A stretch of 28,939 nt of DNA from positions 1 through 28,939 of the IMG/VR virus record IMGVR_UViG_3300017565_000338. One strand, 5' to 3'. The notes beneath the pieces were generated by a model that was not told the origin of the DNA, searched no databases, and saw nothing but the letters and a program-made list of their open reading frames with translations. Shown here piece after piece: positions 8,969-17,532 of the stretch. The translations under genes and the position numbers were made by a program. The stretch is from a virus (taxonomy: Duplodnaviria > Caudoviricetes). Numbering within the stretch: position 1 is the first letter of the stretch; each line of letters begins with the position of its first letter.

Positions 8969-10297
8969 TCAGGAGTGCTGTTGCAGGCACTTGACCGGAT
9001 TGGTTCCGGCGTTGACGAGATCCCCGTCAAACCGCAGGAATGCCACGAACCCGTCTGCATTCTGCAGGGCATACTTTTCCACCATCCGCCGCAGCGTGAG
9101 CGTGCGAACCCGGCGGATTTTGTATTTGCTGAGTGCTCCAGCCAGAACCGTCTTCTGGTTCGCGGTGATGGAGTCGCTCATGTGCTGGTTGCTGTGAATC
9201 GGTTTCCCGTCGAACGTATCGGGAGTGCCGTCCGCCAAAGACCGCTGCCAGAGGAAGTGACCGTCCGATCCCTTCAGCTTCTTCAAAGCCGCCCACACGG
9301 TGTCATTGGCCATGATTCCGAACGACGGATCAGCGCGGTACGCGGGATCGACCGAATAAATCAGGTCAATCATCTCTTCTGCCGTGATGGCCGTGGCCGA
9401 TGCCGTGGTCTTTCCGACAGTCGCTCGATTGACGATTCCCCACGGTTCGCCAGCACCGTTGCCGACGGTGGACTTCCGGTTCATCAGTCGTCCCAGCCGT
9501 TCTCCGAACAGTCCTCCGACCAGGGACGGCATATCAAAGGCACCATCATCAATCATCGCCTGAGAAATGACGAGTGCTTTCGTGGAGCCAGTGAACGCCC
9601 GGAACATGACTGCCCCGGTTTTCGTTTCTCCTTCACTGGTTTCGTCTTCATCGGTGATGATTTCCCCTTCGTTATCCGTGTCGTTGATCGTCGGATAAGG
9701 AAGTTCGACACCGCTGTCCGTTTCCAGCAGTTCGGCCACCTGGAGCATGGGACCATGCTGCAGCATCGCCAATTCCAGAGCGGGGATGAATCCCGGTCGA
9801 ACCAGCGTCCCGCCACGATTCGGACGGGAAGGAGTCAGGACGTTGTGGAACTGGTGACGGGCACCCGCCCAACTGTCAGAGAGGGCAATTTCCAGATTCT
9901 GTTTTCGAGGATTGATGCCGACGGAATCACAGGCATTCTGTTCCCGCTCGGTCAGGTCTTCCCCCATCTGGTAGCGAGCCCAGCCCTGGAATGCCAGATC
10001 ATGCAATTCGGGATCATACTGGGCATTCCGACCCCGACGAAGATCGTCACCGGCAGCCGAACCCCGACCGGAAATCCGGCGGTCATTCGGTTCATTGAGA
10101 TCGTTGCTGAGATTGGCGAGTTGTTCCTGACGCTCAATCCGGCCCTTCAGTTCCAGATCGTCTTTATTGATCTGGGTGAGGGTGTTTTCTTCCTCCTGCG
10201 TCAATGCCCGGTCTTCGTTTTCCGCCTTGTCAACGATGTCCTTGAACTTCGCTTCCAGCGTTCCCCGCCGTTCCCGCAACTCTTTGATCGATGCCAT
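8969..10297 (-). CDS. HK97-family major capsid protein
   Basis: N-terminal coiled-coil delta domain; GGTLV.P, G.G.GEP.GI, LKKLKGSDGHFLW, G.PI and R.DG motifs; AAGGAAG RBS. Confidence 0.95.
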   Translation of the reverse strand: MASIKELRERRGTLEAKFKDIVDKAENEDRALTQEEENTLTQINKDDLELKGRIERQEQLANLSNDLNEPNDRRISGRGSAAGDDLRRGRNAQYDPELHDLAFQGWARYQMGEDLTEREQNACDSVGINPRKQNLEIALSDSWAGARHQFHNVLTPSRPNRGGTLVRPGFIPALELAMLQHGPMLQVAELLETDSGVELPYPTINDTDNEGEIITDEDETSEGETKTGAVMFRAFTGSTKALVISQAMIDDGAFDMPSLVGGLFGERLGRLMNRKSTVGNGAGEPWGIVNRATVGKTTASATAITAEEMIDLIYSVDPAYRADPSFGIMANDTVWAALKKLKGSDGHFLWQRSLADGTPDTFDGKPIHSNQHMSDSITANQKTVLAGALSKYKIRRVRTLTLRRMVEKYALQNADGFVAFLRFDGDLVNAGTNPVKCLQQHS

Positions 10298-10308
10298 TGG
10301 TCTTCCTT

Positions 10309-10372
10309 ATTGACTGCTCCCATGAAGCGTTTCAGCACTCATGTTGCGCGGCGCCGCACGGAGTCGGTCAAT
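10309..10372 (-). promoter_or_regulatory. Predicted three-way-junction RNA structure in the capsid 5' leader
   Basis: Minus strand AUUGAC-CGA-CUCC [GUGCG GCGC CGCGC] AA [CAUGAGUG CUGAAA CGCUUCAUG] GGAG-CA-GUCAAU. Ends directly before the AAGGAAG RBS. Confidence 0.55.
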
Positions 10373-10756
10373 CAGGATTTCCGGATTTTTATAAAAATGA
10401 CACCTTTTCCTTGCTTTAGAACCCCCTAACAAAACTGACCCTGATCCGCTTGCGGAAAGGAAATTCTCATCAGTAGAGAGGTTTTGTTCGCGGCTCTTAA
10501 AACCTCGACTTCTCTTCAGATTCGATGAAAACCGGGCATCACGATGTTTGCATGCGATGTTTTATCCTTCTCGACGAACCTGCAGAAAGCACCGCTTGTC
10601 CAGGCCAAATCACTGGAGATTTGTGTCTTGGTTCAATATTGTACAGATGTCTCTTGAAATCGGTCTTGACTGCATACGATGAAGAAAGGTAGAGGGCAGC
10701 GCAACGTGAAGCCCATTAATCAGAAGTTCGTTCACCAATTCAGCGAGAGAAGTGAG

Positions 10757-11218
10757 ATGGAAACCATTCCGGCCAATACTGGCAAGAAGGTCATCACTTT
10801 GTTGAGTGGAGATGAAGGCACTGTAACGATCATCCCTAAAAGCCGGGATGCCTTCTGCATGAGCGTGGCAGAGGCAATTGAAGCCTGTCAGTCTGCCTCG
10901 ACCGGTTTCAGCTACCTGAATCAGGTCGGAGACCTTGGAGAGGTGCTCGGCCATTGGATTCAAGAACGTACTGACCGCATCAGCGCGGCGTATATGTCAT
11001 TTCGCGACGCTGGTATCCTTTTCATTGTCGTTCAGACTGGTGTGAAAAGAGACAACCAATTGTCTGACGAGCTGACTGAACTGGATATCAAGTTAGCTTC
11101 AGATGAGCGATTTTCTTCCTTGAGTATTGATGTTCTGTCTGTCCCCAAATCGTCAGCAGACTCAATTCTCGCATTCACGTCTTCGGGCCGTGTGAATCAG
11201 TATGCCGGGAATCAATGA
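10757..11218 (+). CDS. Putative antitoxin with degenerate minimal-nucleotidyltransferase-like fold
   Basis: Probable start ATG 10757 (METIP; ORF open from 10679). The ISAAYMSFRDAGILFIVVQ...LSDELTELDIKL...IDVLSVP pattern resembles MNT topology without GS/DxD. Overlaps the HEPN gene. Confidence 0.5.
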   Translation: METIPANTGKKVITLLSGDEGTVTIIPKSRDAFCMSVAEAIEACQSASTGFSYLNQVGDLGEVLGHWIQERTDRISAAYMSFRDAGILFIVVQTGVKRDNQLSDELTELDIKLASDERFSSLSIDVLSVPKSSADSILAFTSSGRVNQYAGNQ

Positions 11219-11630
11219 TCATTCGTTAGCTGCCTCTGAGCATTACAAGGCGCTCAACTACCTCACTGAACGTATTGACGAGTTTCCACAATGGACGACA
11301 ACTGTCGCCTTCTATGTGGCAGTCCATGCTGTTGAAGCCCTCTTTGCACATGATGGGCATCATTCCGACAGCCACGAAGACAGGAACAGACGACTGAAAG
11401 CGGAAAACCGATACAAACACATCTGGGGCCACTACCGACCGCTTTGGAACGATTCACGAATCGCCAGATATATGGAAGACCACAACGGAAAAGCCTATCC
11501 AATTTTTAGTGTGTATCTTCCAGGATCGGAAGTTCGAACTACTCACCTGAACCATCACTTGCATCAGATTCTTCAAAGCGTCAGAAAGCTAACAGGACGT
11601 AACGATTTTTGTGCCATTCCGGTCAACTGA
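11202..11630 (+). CDS. HEPN-domain protein (putative toxin/RNase)
   Basis: W..T.AFYVAVHAVEA helix, SHEDR and SRIARY motifs typical of HEPN (UPF0332-like) proteins. Confidence 0.75.
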   Translation: MPGINDHSLAASEHYKALNYLTERIDEFPQWTTTVAFYVAVHAVEALFAHDGHHSDSHEDRNRRLKAENRYKHIWGHYRPLWNDSRIARYMEDHNGKAYPIFSVYLPGSEVRTTHLNHHLHQILQSVRKLTGRNDFCAIPVN

Positions 11631-11645
11631 TCAAGTTCGACCAGG

Positions 11646-11834
11646 TCACCGAGAAATTCGCGACTTCAGACTAAAGCTAGCAATCCCCTTCAACTGGTCA
11701 TCCCGCTGGGTCTTCCGAGCCCGCTTCGCCACTTCTGCCATTTTCTTCATGACTTCCTGATTCGAGTGATGATACGACTGTGGCCCTCTCTCCATTGAGA
11801 TGGCCCGCTTCAGCATGATCGATATCTTCGTCAT
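11646..11834 (-). CDS. Possible small basic protein overlapping the protease 3' end
   Basis: ATG 11834 (GGA upstream) or ATG 11750 (AGGA upstream); Lys/Arg-rich. Existence uncertain. Confidence 0.3.
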   Translation of the reverse strand: MTKISIMLKRAISMERGPQSYHHSNQEVMKKMAEVAKRARKTQRDDQLKGIASFSLKSRISR

Positions 11835-12693
11835 CTTCCGTCTCGTCAAAATTCAGGGCATAGATCGCCGATTCCCTAGCCTCACCTGACAACGTGTATT
11901 CTACCATGTTCTGGAGGAGTTTTGCCAATCCCAATTCACTATCGGATGGTTCTCTTACTCGCTGAAATAGTTTTTCTGCTTCAGTGCGGTCTATCACGAA
12001 ATCATGCGAGGGATACAGATTCAGAAGCGACCGGAGCCCTTCTGATCTCAGGTTATCTCCATGTTCTGCGATCCTCTTGCCGTATTCTTCTCCAATTCTC
12101 ATGGCTCGATCATTTTCGCCCAACCGCATTGGTTCAATCTGTCCATAGATTGGACTGAATAAACCGACAGTTAGGGTTGCAGCAATATCTGCCGCAGTCC
12201 TGGTGGTAATTCGAGTTCGTTGACGGATCTTTAAGAAGAAATGCTCGAAGGACTGATACGCTTCCTGACGCATAGTCGTGAGGGCTTGCATAGAAGTGAG
12301 ACCGGAAACTCTCTCGTCGACCTCGTCCGGTTTTCGCAATTGAACGTCAAGCGGCCCAAGCTCCGAATCTGCTGACATCACAAGCTCATACCCTGCGAGA
12401 GCAAGGAGTGTGCCGGCTGATTTACACATAGTGTGAACAAACACAGTGATCTTGCCATCGCAGTAGACGTCGAGCAGGCACCTTGCCATTTGATATGCGA
12501 AATCAGCGCTTCCACCAAAAGTACTGATCATCAAGAGGGCATTCTTGTGGCCATGATTCTCGCGTACGGCATGGCAAAACCTCTCGTTTTCATCGTATCC
12601 AATTGGTCCAGCAAAGAAGATCAGATCTGCATCCAGTGCACCGCAAGCAGCTTTCCCAAGCCTTTTCAAGTCCGATTGGAAAGTATCTTCCAT
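11698..12693 (-). CDS. SDH_sah / SppA-like ClpP-class serine protease
   Basis: ISTFGGSADFAY, CKSAGTLLAL (catalytic Ser), ELGPLDVQ and YPSHDFVID (His) motifs; acidic disordered C-terminal tail; probable start ATG 12693. Confidence 0.85.
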   Translation of the reverse strand: MEDTFQSDLKRLGKAACGALDADLIFFAGPIGYDENERFCHAVRENHGHKNALLMISTFGGSADFAYQMARCLLDVYCDGKITVFVHTMCKSAGTLLALAGYELVMSADSELGPLDVQLRKPDEVDERVSGLTSMQALTTMRQEAYQSFEHFFLKIRQRTRITTRTAADIAATLTVGLFSPIYGQIEPMRLGENDRAMRIGEEYGKRIAEHGDNLRSEGLRSLLNLYPSHDFVIDRTEAEKLFQRVREPSDSELGLAKLLQNMVEYTLSGEARESAIYALNFDETEDDEDIDHAEAGHLNGERATVVSSLESGSHEENGRSGEAGSEDPAG

Positions 12694-12760
12694 TTCCGTG
12701 TGGCCCTCTAACGCTGGCAACCTCAAATCGCCCAGATCATGCAGATTTCCAAAGACAAAG

Positions 12761-12789
12761 ATTTAACTCGCAAGAAGGGAAGTTGTCAA
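12761..12789 (-). promoter_or_regulatory. Possible sigma70 promoter for the SDH protease moron
   Basis: Minus strand TTGACA-N17-TTAAAT about 70 nt upstream of the start. The -10 box is weak. Confidence 0.35.
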
Positions 12790-12901
12790 ATCATTAGCAT
12801 GGAACCACTTTCAGGCCGTATGCACGTTTGAAACCCAAATGTCCAGAAACATGCCCCTCTTGTCCTCGACACAGCAAGCCACGTGATTGCCCTTCAGGAA
12901 T

Positions 12902-13864
12902 TCATTTTCCGATTCGAGCCCCCACAGCCCTCCAAGCCGCCAACTGAGCCTTGTGATCAATCTTCGACTTCGGTTCCGGTTCAGTTTTGCACCGGCAACC
13001 GTCCTCAGAATGGGCCGCCCGCAGATCCCCGAGCGGGATTCCCAGCGTCTTCGCAAACAACTCGAGCGCCGCGTCCGTCTGGCATCCCTCTTTGCCGGAC
13101 AGGATGGCTTCAATCCGTACTCCTTCAGCATTGGTGCCGCTCGCTGAAGAGTACAGATCTCCGATCACCATCTGCCGTGTCCGGTCATCGGTCTCGTCCC
13201 GGTCGATTTCGTTGATGCGGGCGTTCAGTTTTGCCGCCAGTGTGGCACAGGATCGCAGTTCATCGGGAACATTCTGGAGCGAATATCCGCGAGGAGAGAG
13301 GGAATTGACCACCGCCTGCTTGTTACTGGTGATTTCGCTGGCCAGACCGTAGGAAACAGCAGTCTCCGCATCGATCCAGGTCTCTTTGGCCATCAGGTCC
13401 TTGAAGAACCCCGGCTCTTTTCCGGATCGGTCGGCATAGACTTTGGCCAGATCGTCGGTGATGCCGTCCAGCAGATCTGCATACCGCCGCATGTCTGAAG
13501 ATTCTCCCAGCGTGATGCCCCATGGATTGTGAATCATCATCCAGGAGCCGGCGGCCATCGTGATTTGATCACCGGACATGGCGATGATGCTGGCAATGCT
13601 CGCCGCCACCCCCGCGACGTGGATGCTCAAATTGGCTTTGTGGTCTTTCAGCAGGTTGTAAATCGTCAGACCTTCGAAGACATCCCCACCGTAAGAGTTG
13701 ATGAGGACGTTGATGTCCTTTAATCCCGGTCCCATTGCCTTCAATTCGGCAGCAACCCACTTTGCTCCCACCATGCCTGCCCAACTGGGGCCGATATCGT
13801 CGAGAATGTGGAGTTCTCCGGTCTCCTTCGATGCCCCGTTAGGCGCATTTTTCAGTGCAGACAT
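12902..13864 (-). CDS. ClpP-type head maturation (prohead) protease with C-terminal HTH-like extension
   Basis: INSYGGDVFEG, AASIAS (Ser), MMIHNPW (His) and ETWIDAE motifs; follows the portal; AAAGGA RBS before ATG 13864. Confidence 0.92.
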   Translation of the reverse strand: MSALKNAPNGASKETGELHILDDIGPSWAGMVGAKWVAAELKAMGPGLKDINVLINSYGGDVFEGLTIYNLLKDHKANLSIHVAGVAASIASIIAMSGDQITMAAGSWMMIHNPWGITLGESSDMRRYADLLDGITDDLAKVYADRSGKEPGFFKDLMAKETWIDAETAVSYGLASEITSNKQAVVNSLSPRGYSLQNVPDELRSCATLAAKLNARINEIDRDETDDRTRQMVIGDLYSSASGTNAEGVRIEAILSGKEGCQTDAALELFAKTLGIPLGDLRAAHSEDGCRCKTEPEPKSKIDHKAQLAAWRAVGARIGK

Positions 13865-15176
13865 GGGATTCAATCCTTTTCAAGAGGTTCAGAACGTCTT
13901 CATTCGTGGCCGTGGCGGTCCCCAGTTCCTTCCAGTTCACTGGAACGTGGCGGACGTCTCCCATGGGACCGATTGTCTCCCGGCCTTCGGACCGGAGAAT
14001 GTCATTGATGGTGGAAACGCCGATCTCGCAGTACGTCCGGTTGGCTGACGCCCGTTCGTTCAGCGTCGGCAACAGCATTTTGGAACGATCAAACCGGATG
14101 ACGTGCGATTCTTCCTCCTGCTGCTCCTCGGTCAGCAGTTTGGCGTCACATTCATCTTCCCACGTCCCCAGCCACGGATCGTAAGACTCGTCCAGAGCGT
14201 TCCTGTTCTCCGCCTCGATCGAGTTGTAAGCCTGTCGGGAGTTATCTCCCAGCTTATGAGGGGGAACCCCGACGATGTTGGCAATCTCAATGATTTCGAA
14301 CCGTTTGGTTTCCAGAAACTGAGCTTCATCCGGACTGAATGAGAGCTTCTGGAACGTCGTTCCGTTCGTCACGATGGCCACTTTGTGGGCGTTGGCCATT
14401 CCCTGCGTCTGGTTCTTCCAGAGCTGGAGCAGGTTCTTCTGGGCATCCGGTCGGATGTGCTGGGGAATCATCAAGATCCCCGAGACGTTCGCTCCCTGAC
14501 CGAAGAAGTGCGCGCCGAACTGACGGACGGCAATCCCCATCCCGATCGCTTCCCGCATCACGTCCAGAATCGGAATTCCGATCAGGCCATCCAGACTCAG
14601 GTGCCGGATGTGGAGAATGTCCGACTCCGGAATGGTGAAGGTTTCCATATCGATCGACGTCACGTAATAGATTTCCGGGATTTTGGTGTCATCCGGAATC
14701 CATTTGATGGGATAGGTGGCAATCGGATCCAGAATCGTCAGGTCGAGCGGGTTCCCCCGACCGTCCCGCTGGATAAACGCATAGCCGTTCCCATGCATCT
14801 GGGCATGGAGTGTCAGCGTCCGCCGGAACGTTTTGGACGTGATGAATCGATTCGGCTTCCGTTTCAGCAGACGATAGGCCGGATGGTCTTTCGCCTTGGG
14901 CATGCCCCCATCATCCTCCATGTGATGGACGATCAGGGGGAGTTTGGCGACCGTATCGGCAATCAATTTCACACCACGGAAGAACGCGGGGTAACCGAGA
15001 GACGTCCGGGAGTTGACCCGCACTCCTGCCGACGCATTCCGACCACCAAACGCATCCATGACTTCCATAGTCGGAGTTCCCAGCGTCCCGGGAGCGACCT
15101 GATAGGCATCCTGAACCGGGGGAACGATGCCGGTTCCCATCTGACGGGCAAAGTCATTGTGATTCATATCAACCAT
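13839..15176 (-). CDS. HK97-family portal protein
   Basis: IADTVAKLPL, PN.F, HGNGYA.I.RD, ILHIR..SLDGL.G, DEAQFLE.K.F, GVPPHKLG and YNSIE motifs. Alternative start 15167 (ATGA overlap with terL). Confidence 0.95.
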   Translation of the reverse strand: MVDMNHNDFARQMGTGIVPPVQDAYQVAPGTLGTPTMEVMDAFGGRNASAGVRVNSRTSLGYPAFFRGVKLIADTVAKLPLIVHHMEDDGGMPKAKDHPAYRLLKRKPNRFITSKTFRRTLTLHAQMHGNGYAFIQRDGRGNPLDLTILDPIATYPIKWIPDDTKIPEIYYVTSIDMETFTIPESDILHIRHLSLDGLIGIPILDVMREAIGMGIAVRQFGAHFFGQGANVSGILMIPQHIRPDAQKNLLQLWKNQTQGMANAHKVAIVTNGTTFQKLSFSPDEAQFLETKRFEIIEIANIVGVPPHKLGDNSRQAYNSIEAENRNALDESYDPWLGTWEDECDAKLLTEEQQEEESHVIRFDRSKMLLPTLNERASANRTYCEIGVSTINDILRSEGRETIGPMGDVRHVPVNWKELGTATATNEDVLNLLKRIESHVCTEKCA

Positions 15177-16873
15177 CCTGCTGTGTCTCCCGGCTCGACC
15201 GGTTCGTCGTAAGCGGATTCCAGGTAGCCGCCGCTGTTGTGCAGACCGATGGCCATGATCAGAGCCACCGGGCCGTCGATCTTGCGAAAGTCTTTGGGTT
15301 CCGGTTTCACCGGTCGTTTGTTTCCGCTGGCATCATGCTTGAACTGCATGTTCCCCACCTGCCAGTTCATGGCCGGATGCCCGTTGTGGTGTAACTGACC
15401 GGCAATCAGCAGCCGCTCAAACTCCCCCGTCGGCTCTGCGAACTGCTTCATCGTCTGAGGGAACAGGTGACGGGGAACGCCTCCCTCTTCCTCAATCTGT
15501 TGAGTCAGTTGTTCCGCGTTGTACGGGTCGTAAGCAATTCCCCGGATGTCGAACTGGTGAACGAGCCCCTCTTCCAGAAGATTTCCGGCGGCGTCATAGA
15601 GTCCACAGATGAACTTGCGGATGAATCCGTAATCGCAAACGTCCCCGGGCGTCAGGAACACGAATCCTCGTTCCTCCCATGCCAGCCATGACACCAGATC
15701 ATTCTGCTCCCGCGCTCGAGACTCCGGCAGCCAGAAGAAAGAGAGCGTCTTGAACGTGCCGTCATCCTGAGGAAACAGCAGTTGCAGGCTGGTCGTATCA
15801 GACACCTTCGCCAGATCCAGACCGCCGAAACAGGACTGCTCCCGGAGATCACCGGCGGTATAGTCCCGGCGGTTCTCGTTCCATTTCTCAATGTCCACCG
15901 CCGGAGATTCCCCCGTGTTCCAGATATTGAGCCGGTATCGTTTGAACGCCGCCAGACTGGTTGGTCGGGCCGCGGCTTCCTGAGCATCCGCCGCGAAGAT
16001 CTCCGGGTTGATCGTCAGACCAAAGGACGGGTTCGCCTTCCTCCAGGTCTGCTCATCCAGCGGGTCATCCTTGGGATCGGCAGCGCGGATGTAAGCAAAG
16101 AACCGCTGATCGATCTGCGTTCCTGCCAGCACCCCAGCTGCGTAGTCGTGTAGCTCTTTGGCGACCGATTGCGGGTTGCTCCCGGCGGTGGTGATGATGG
16201 CGAACAGCGGCTGCATCCGTGAAGACATTCCGTATCGGAGTGCATCATAGAACTTCCGACCATGCCACGAATGGATTTCGTCGGCGATGCAACCGTGGAT
16301 GTTCAGACCTTCATTGGAATCCGCATCCCCCGACAACGCCCGGTAATAGCTGTTCAGTTCCGGGCAGGTGATGGTGAAGGTTGTGCCATGAATCTTCAGG
16401 TCCTGAGAGAGTTCCCGGGACGCCTTCACCATCCGGATGGCTTCCTCATGGACAATCCCCGCCTGCTTCCGGTCATTGGCCACGGAATAGACTTCCGCAC
16501 CATGCTCCCCGTCCCCGGACAGCAGGTACAGCCCCAGTCCGGCGCCAAACGTGGACTTTCCGTTCTTCTTCGGAATCTCAATCCAGGCGAAGTTGAACCG
16601 TCGCCAGCCGTCTTCCTTCTTCCAGCCGAATAGCGGCATCACGATATCGTCACGCTGCCAGTCCAGCAGTTCAAACGGCTGTCCCGCCCATTGCCCTTTA
16701 CTGTGACGCAGGAATCGGGGGAAGAACTCGACCACGTGCTCTGCAGCTTCGGTGTCGAAGTAACACCCATTCAGAACCGCCTGTTCATCCGCTTCCGAAC
16801 GAATCCATTTCTTCCAGCCCTGACGCTGAGCTTTTCGCAGCAATGCCGGGAGTCGAGCCACCTGCACGGTCAC
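15164..16873 (-). CDS. terL: Terminase large subunit (Terminase_1 family)
   Basis: LLDWQ adenine-binding motif, Walker A PKKNGKS, Walker B IADEIH, ITTAG, and nuclease motifs GLDLA..D and KIDG. Confidence 0.96.
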   Translation of the reverse strand: MTVQVARLPALLRKAQRQGWKKWIRSEADEQAVLNGCYFDTEAAEHVVEFFPRFLRHSKGQWAGQPFELLDWQRDDIVMPLFGWKKEDGWRRFNFAWIEIPKKNGKSTFGAGLGLYLLSGDGEHGAEVYSVANDRKQAGIVHEEAIRMVKASRELSQDLKIHGTTFTITCPELNSYYRALSGDADSNEGLNIHGCIADEIHSWHGRKFYDALRYGMSSRMQPLFAIITTAGSNPQSVAKELHDYAAGVLAGTQIDQRFFAYIRAADPKDDPLDEQTWRKANPSFGLTINPEIFAADAQEAAARPTSLAAFKRYRLNIWNTGESPAVDIEKWNENRRDYTAGDLREQSCFGGLDLAKVSDTTSLQLLFPQDDGTFKTLSFFWLPESRAREQNDLVSWLAWEERGFVFLTPGDVCDYGFIRKFICGLYDAAGNLLEEGLVHQFDIRGIAYDPYNAEQLTQQIEEEGGVPRHLFPQTMKQFAEPTGEFERLLIAGQLHHNGHPAMNWQVGNMQFKHDASGNKRPVKPEPKDFRKIDGPVALIMAIGLHNSGGYLESAYDEPVEPGDTAGWLI

Positions 16874-17358
16874 TTCGTTGCTCCCTGTTTCGGTTTCCGG
16901 CGGTCACGGAAATCAGCCAGTGCCGACTTCCGCACTTCCGCCAGTTGCAGGTTTAACTGCTCCCGGGCCTTGGGAGTCAATCCCAGATTCTGCATGACGA
17001 AATGAATCCGCTTCCGGGCACTGGCGGCGATGTTCAAAGCAGGATGGGAATACGATCCACCCTTTTCTCCACGCAGAATCATCCCCTCTTTCTTGACGAG
17101 CCGCAGAGCCTGCTGAAGTTCGCTGTAATCGTTGGCGATCAGTTCCAGAACCAGCCGATCGGCCAGCGTCAGGATTCCCATCGAATCGAGATTCGTGACC
17201 AGCCAGTCCCACATCGCCTTGGCATCTTTGTCACGAGACACGACGGTCGGGCAATCGGGACAACCCGCCTTGGCCTGTACGGTCTCCGCGATCTTCCGAC
17301 GCCCGGGATTTCCCTGAGCAATTTTCACAGCAGCAGATTTTCGCGGCCGTCCTGCCAT
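16870..17358 (-). CDS. terS: Terminase small subunit, P27 family
   Basis: MAGRPRK...K.AQGNPGRR, HPAL and LGLTP.AR motifs; ATG 17358. Confidence 0.92.
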   Translation of the reverse strand: MAGRPRKSAAVKIAQGNPGRRKIAETVQAKAGCPDCPTVVSRDKDAKAMWDWLVTNLDSMGILTLADRLVLELIANDYSELQQALRLVKKEGMILRGEKGGSYSHPALNIAASARKRIHFVMQNLGLTPKAREQLNLQLAEVRKSALADFRDRRKPKQGATK

Positions 17359-17399
17359 CTCAGAAATCCCCTGAACACACAGCACCAAGTGAACGGATA

Positions 17400-17490
17400 T
17401 ACCCCCACCCCACGCATTCTGCGACAAAACCCGGCACCGGGCGGTGTGGTTTCCTTCGATTCGAATCCATTAAATTTTCGCCCCCTATGG
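17400..17490 (-). other. Putative cos packaging region (candidate cohesive end CGCCCGGTGC at 17443-17434)
   Basis: Non-coding gap upstream of terS and downstream of HNH. Minus strand GGGGG-CGAAAATTT...ACCGCCCGGTGCCGGG-TTTT layout resembles cos regions of HNH/P27 terS phages. Confidence 0.45.
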
Positions 17491-17532
17491 CCTGTCAGGT
17501 TGGCAGTGGTCGGTCAGCGACCAGTCGGCCTT

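Noticed and set aside
8906-10429. 507-aa plus-strand ORF
   Set aside because: Antisense shadow of the capsid gene with no protein motifs; typical of GC-rich codon bias.
10654-10680. TTGAAA...TACGAT promoter for the MNT-like/HEPN operon
   Set aside because: Spacer is only 15 nt; not supportable.
11698-12693. SDH protease as a duplicate of the prohead protease
   Set aside because: Its motifs (KSAGTL, LGPLDVQ, YPSH) belong to the SDH_sah/SppA-like family, not the phage ClpP head protease next door, and its composition differs.
14385-15212. 275-aa plus-strand ORF, and similar ones at 6679-7446, 8616-9197 and 17002-17601
   Set aside because: Antisense to well-supported portal, neck and terS genes; no motifs or RBS support.
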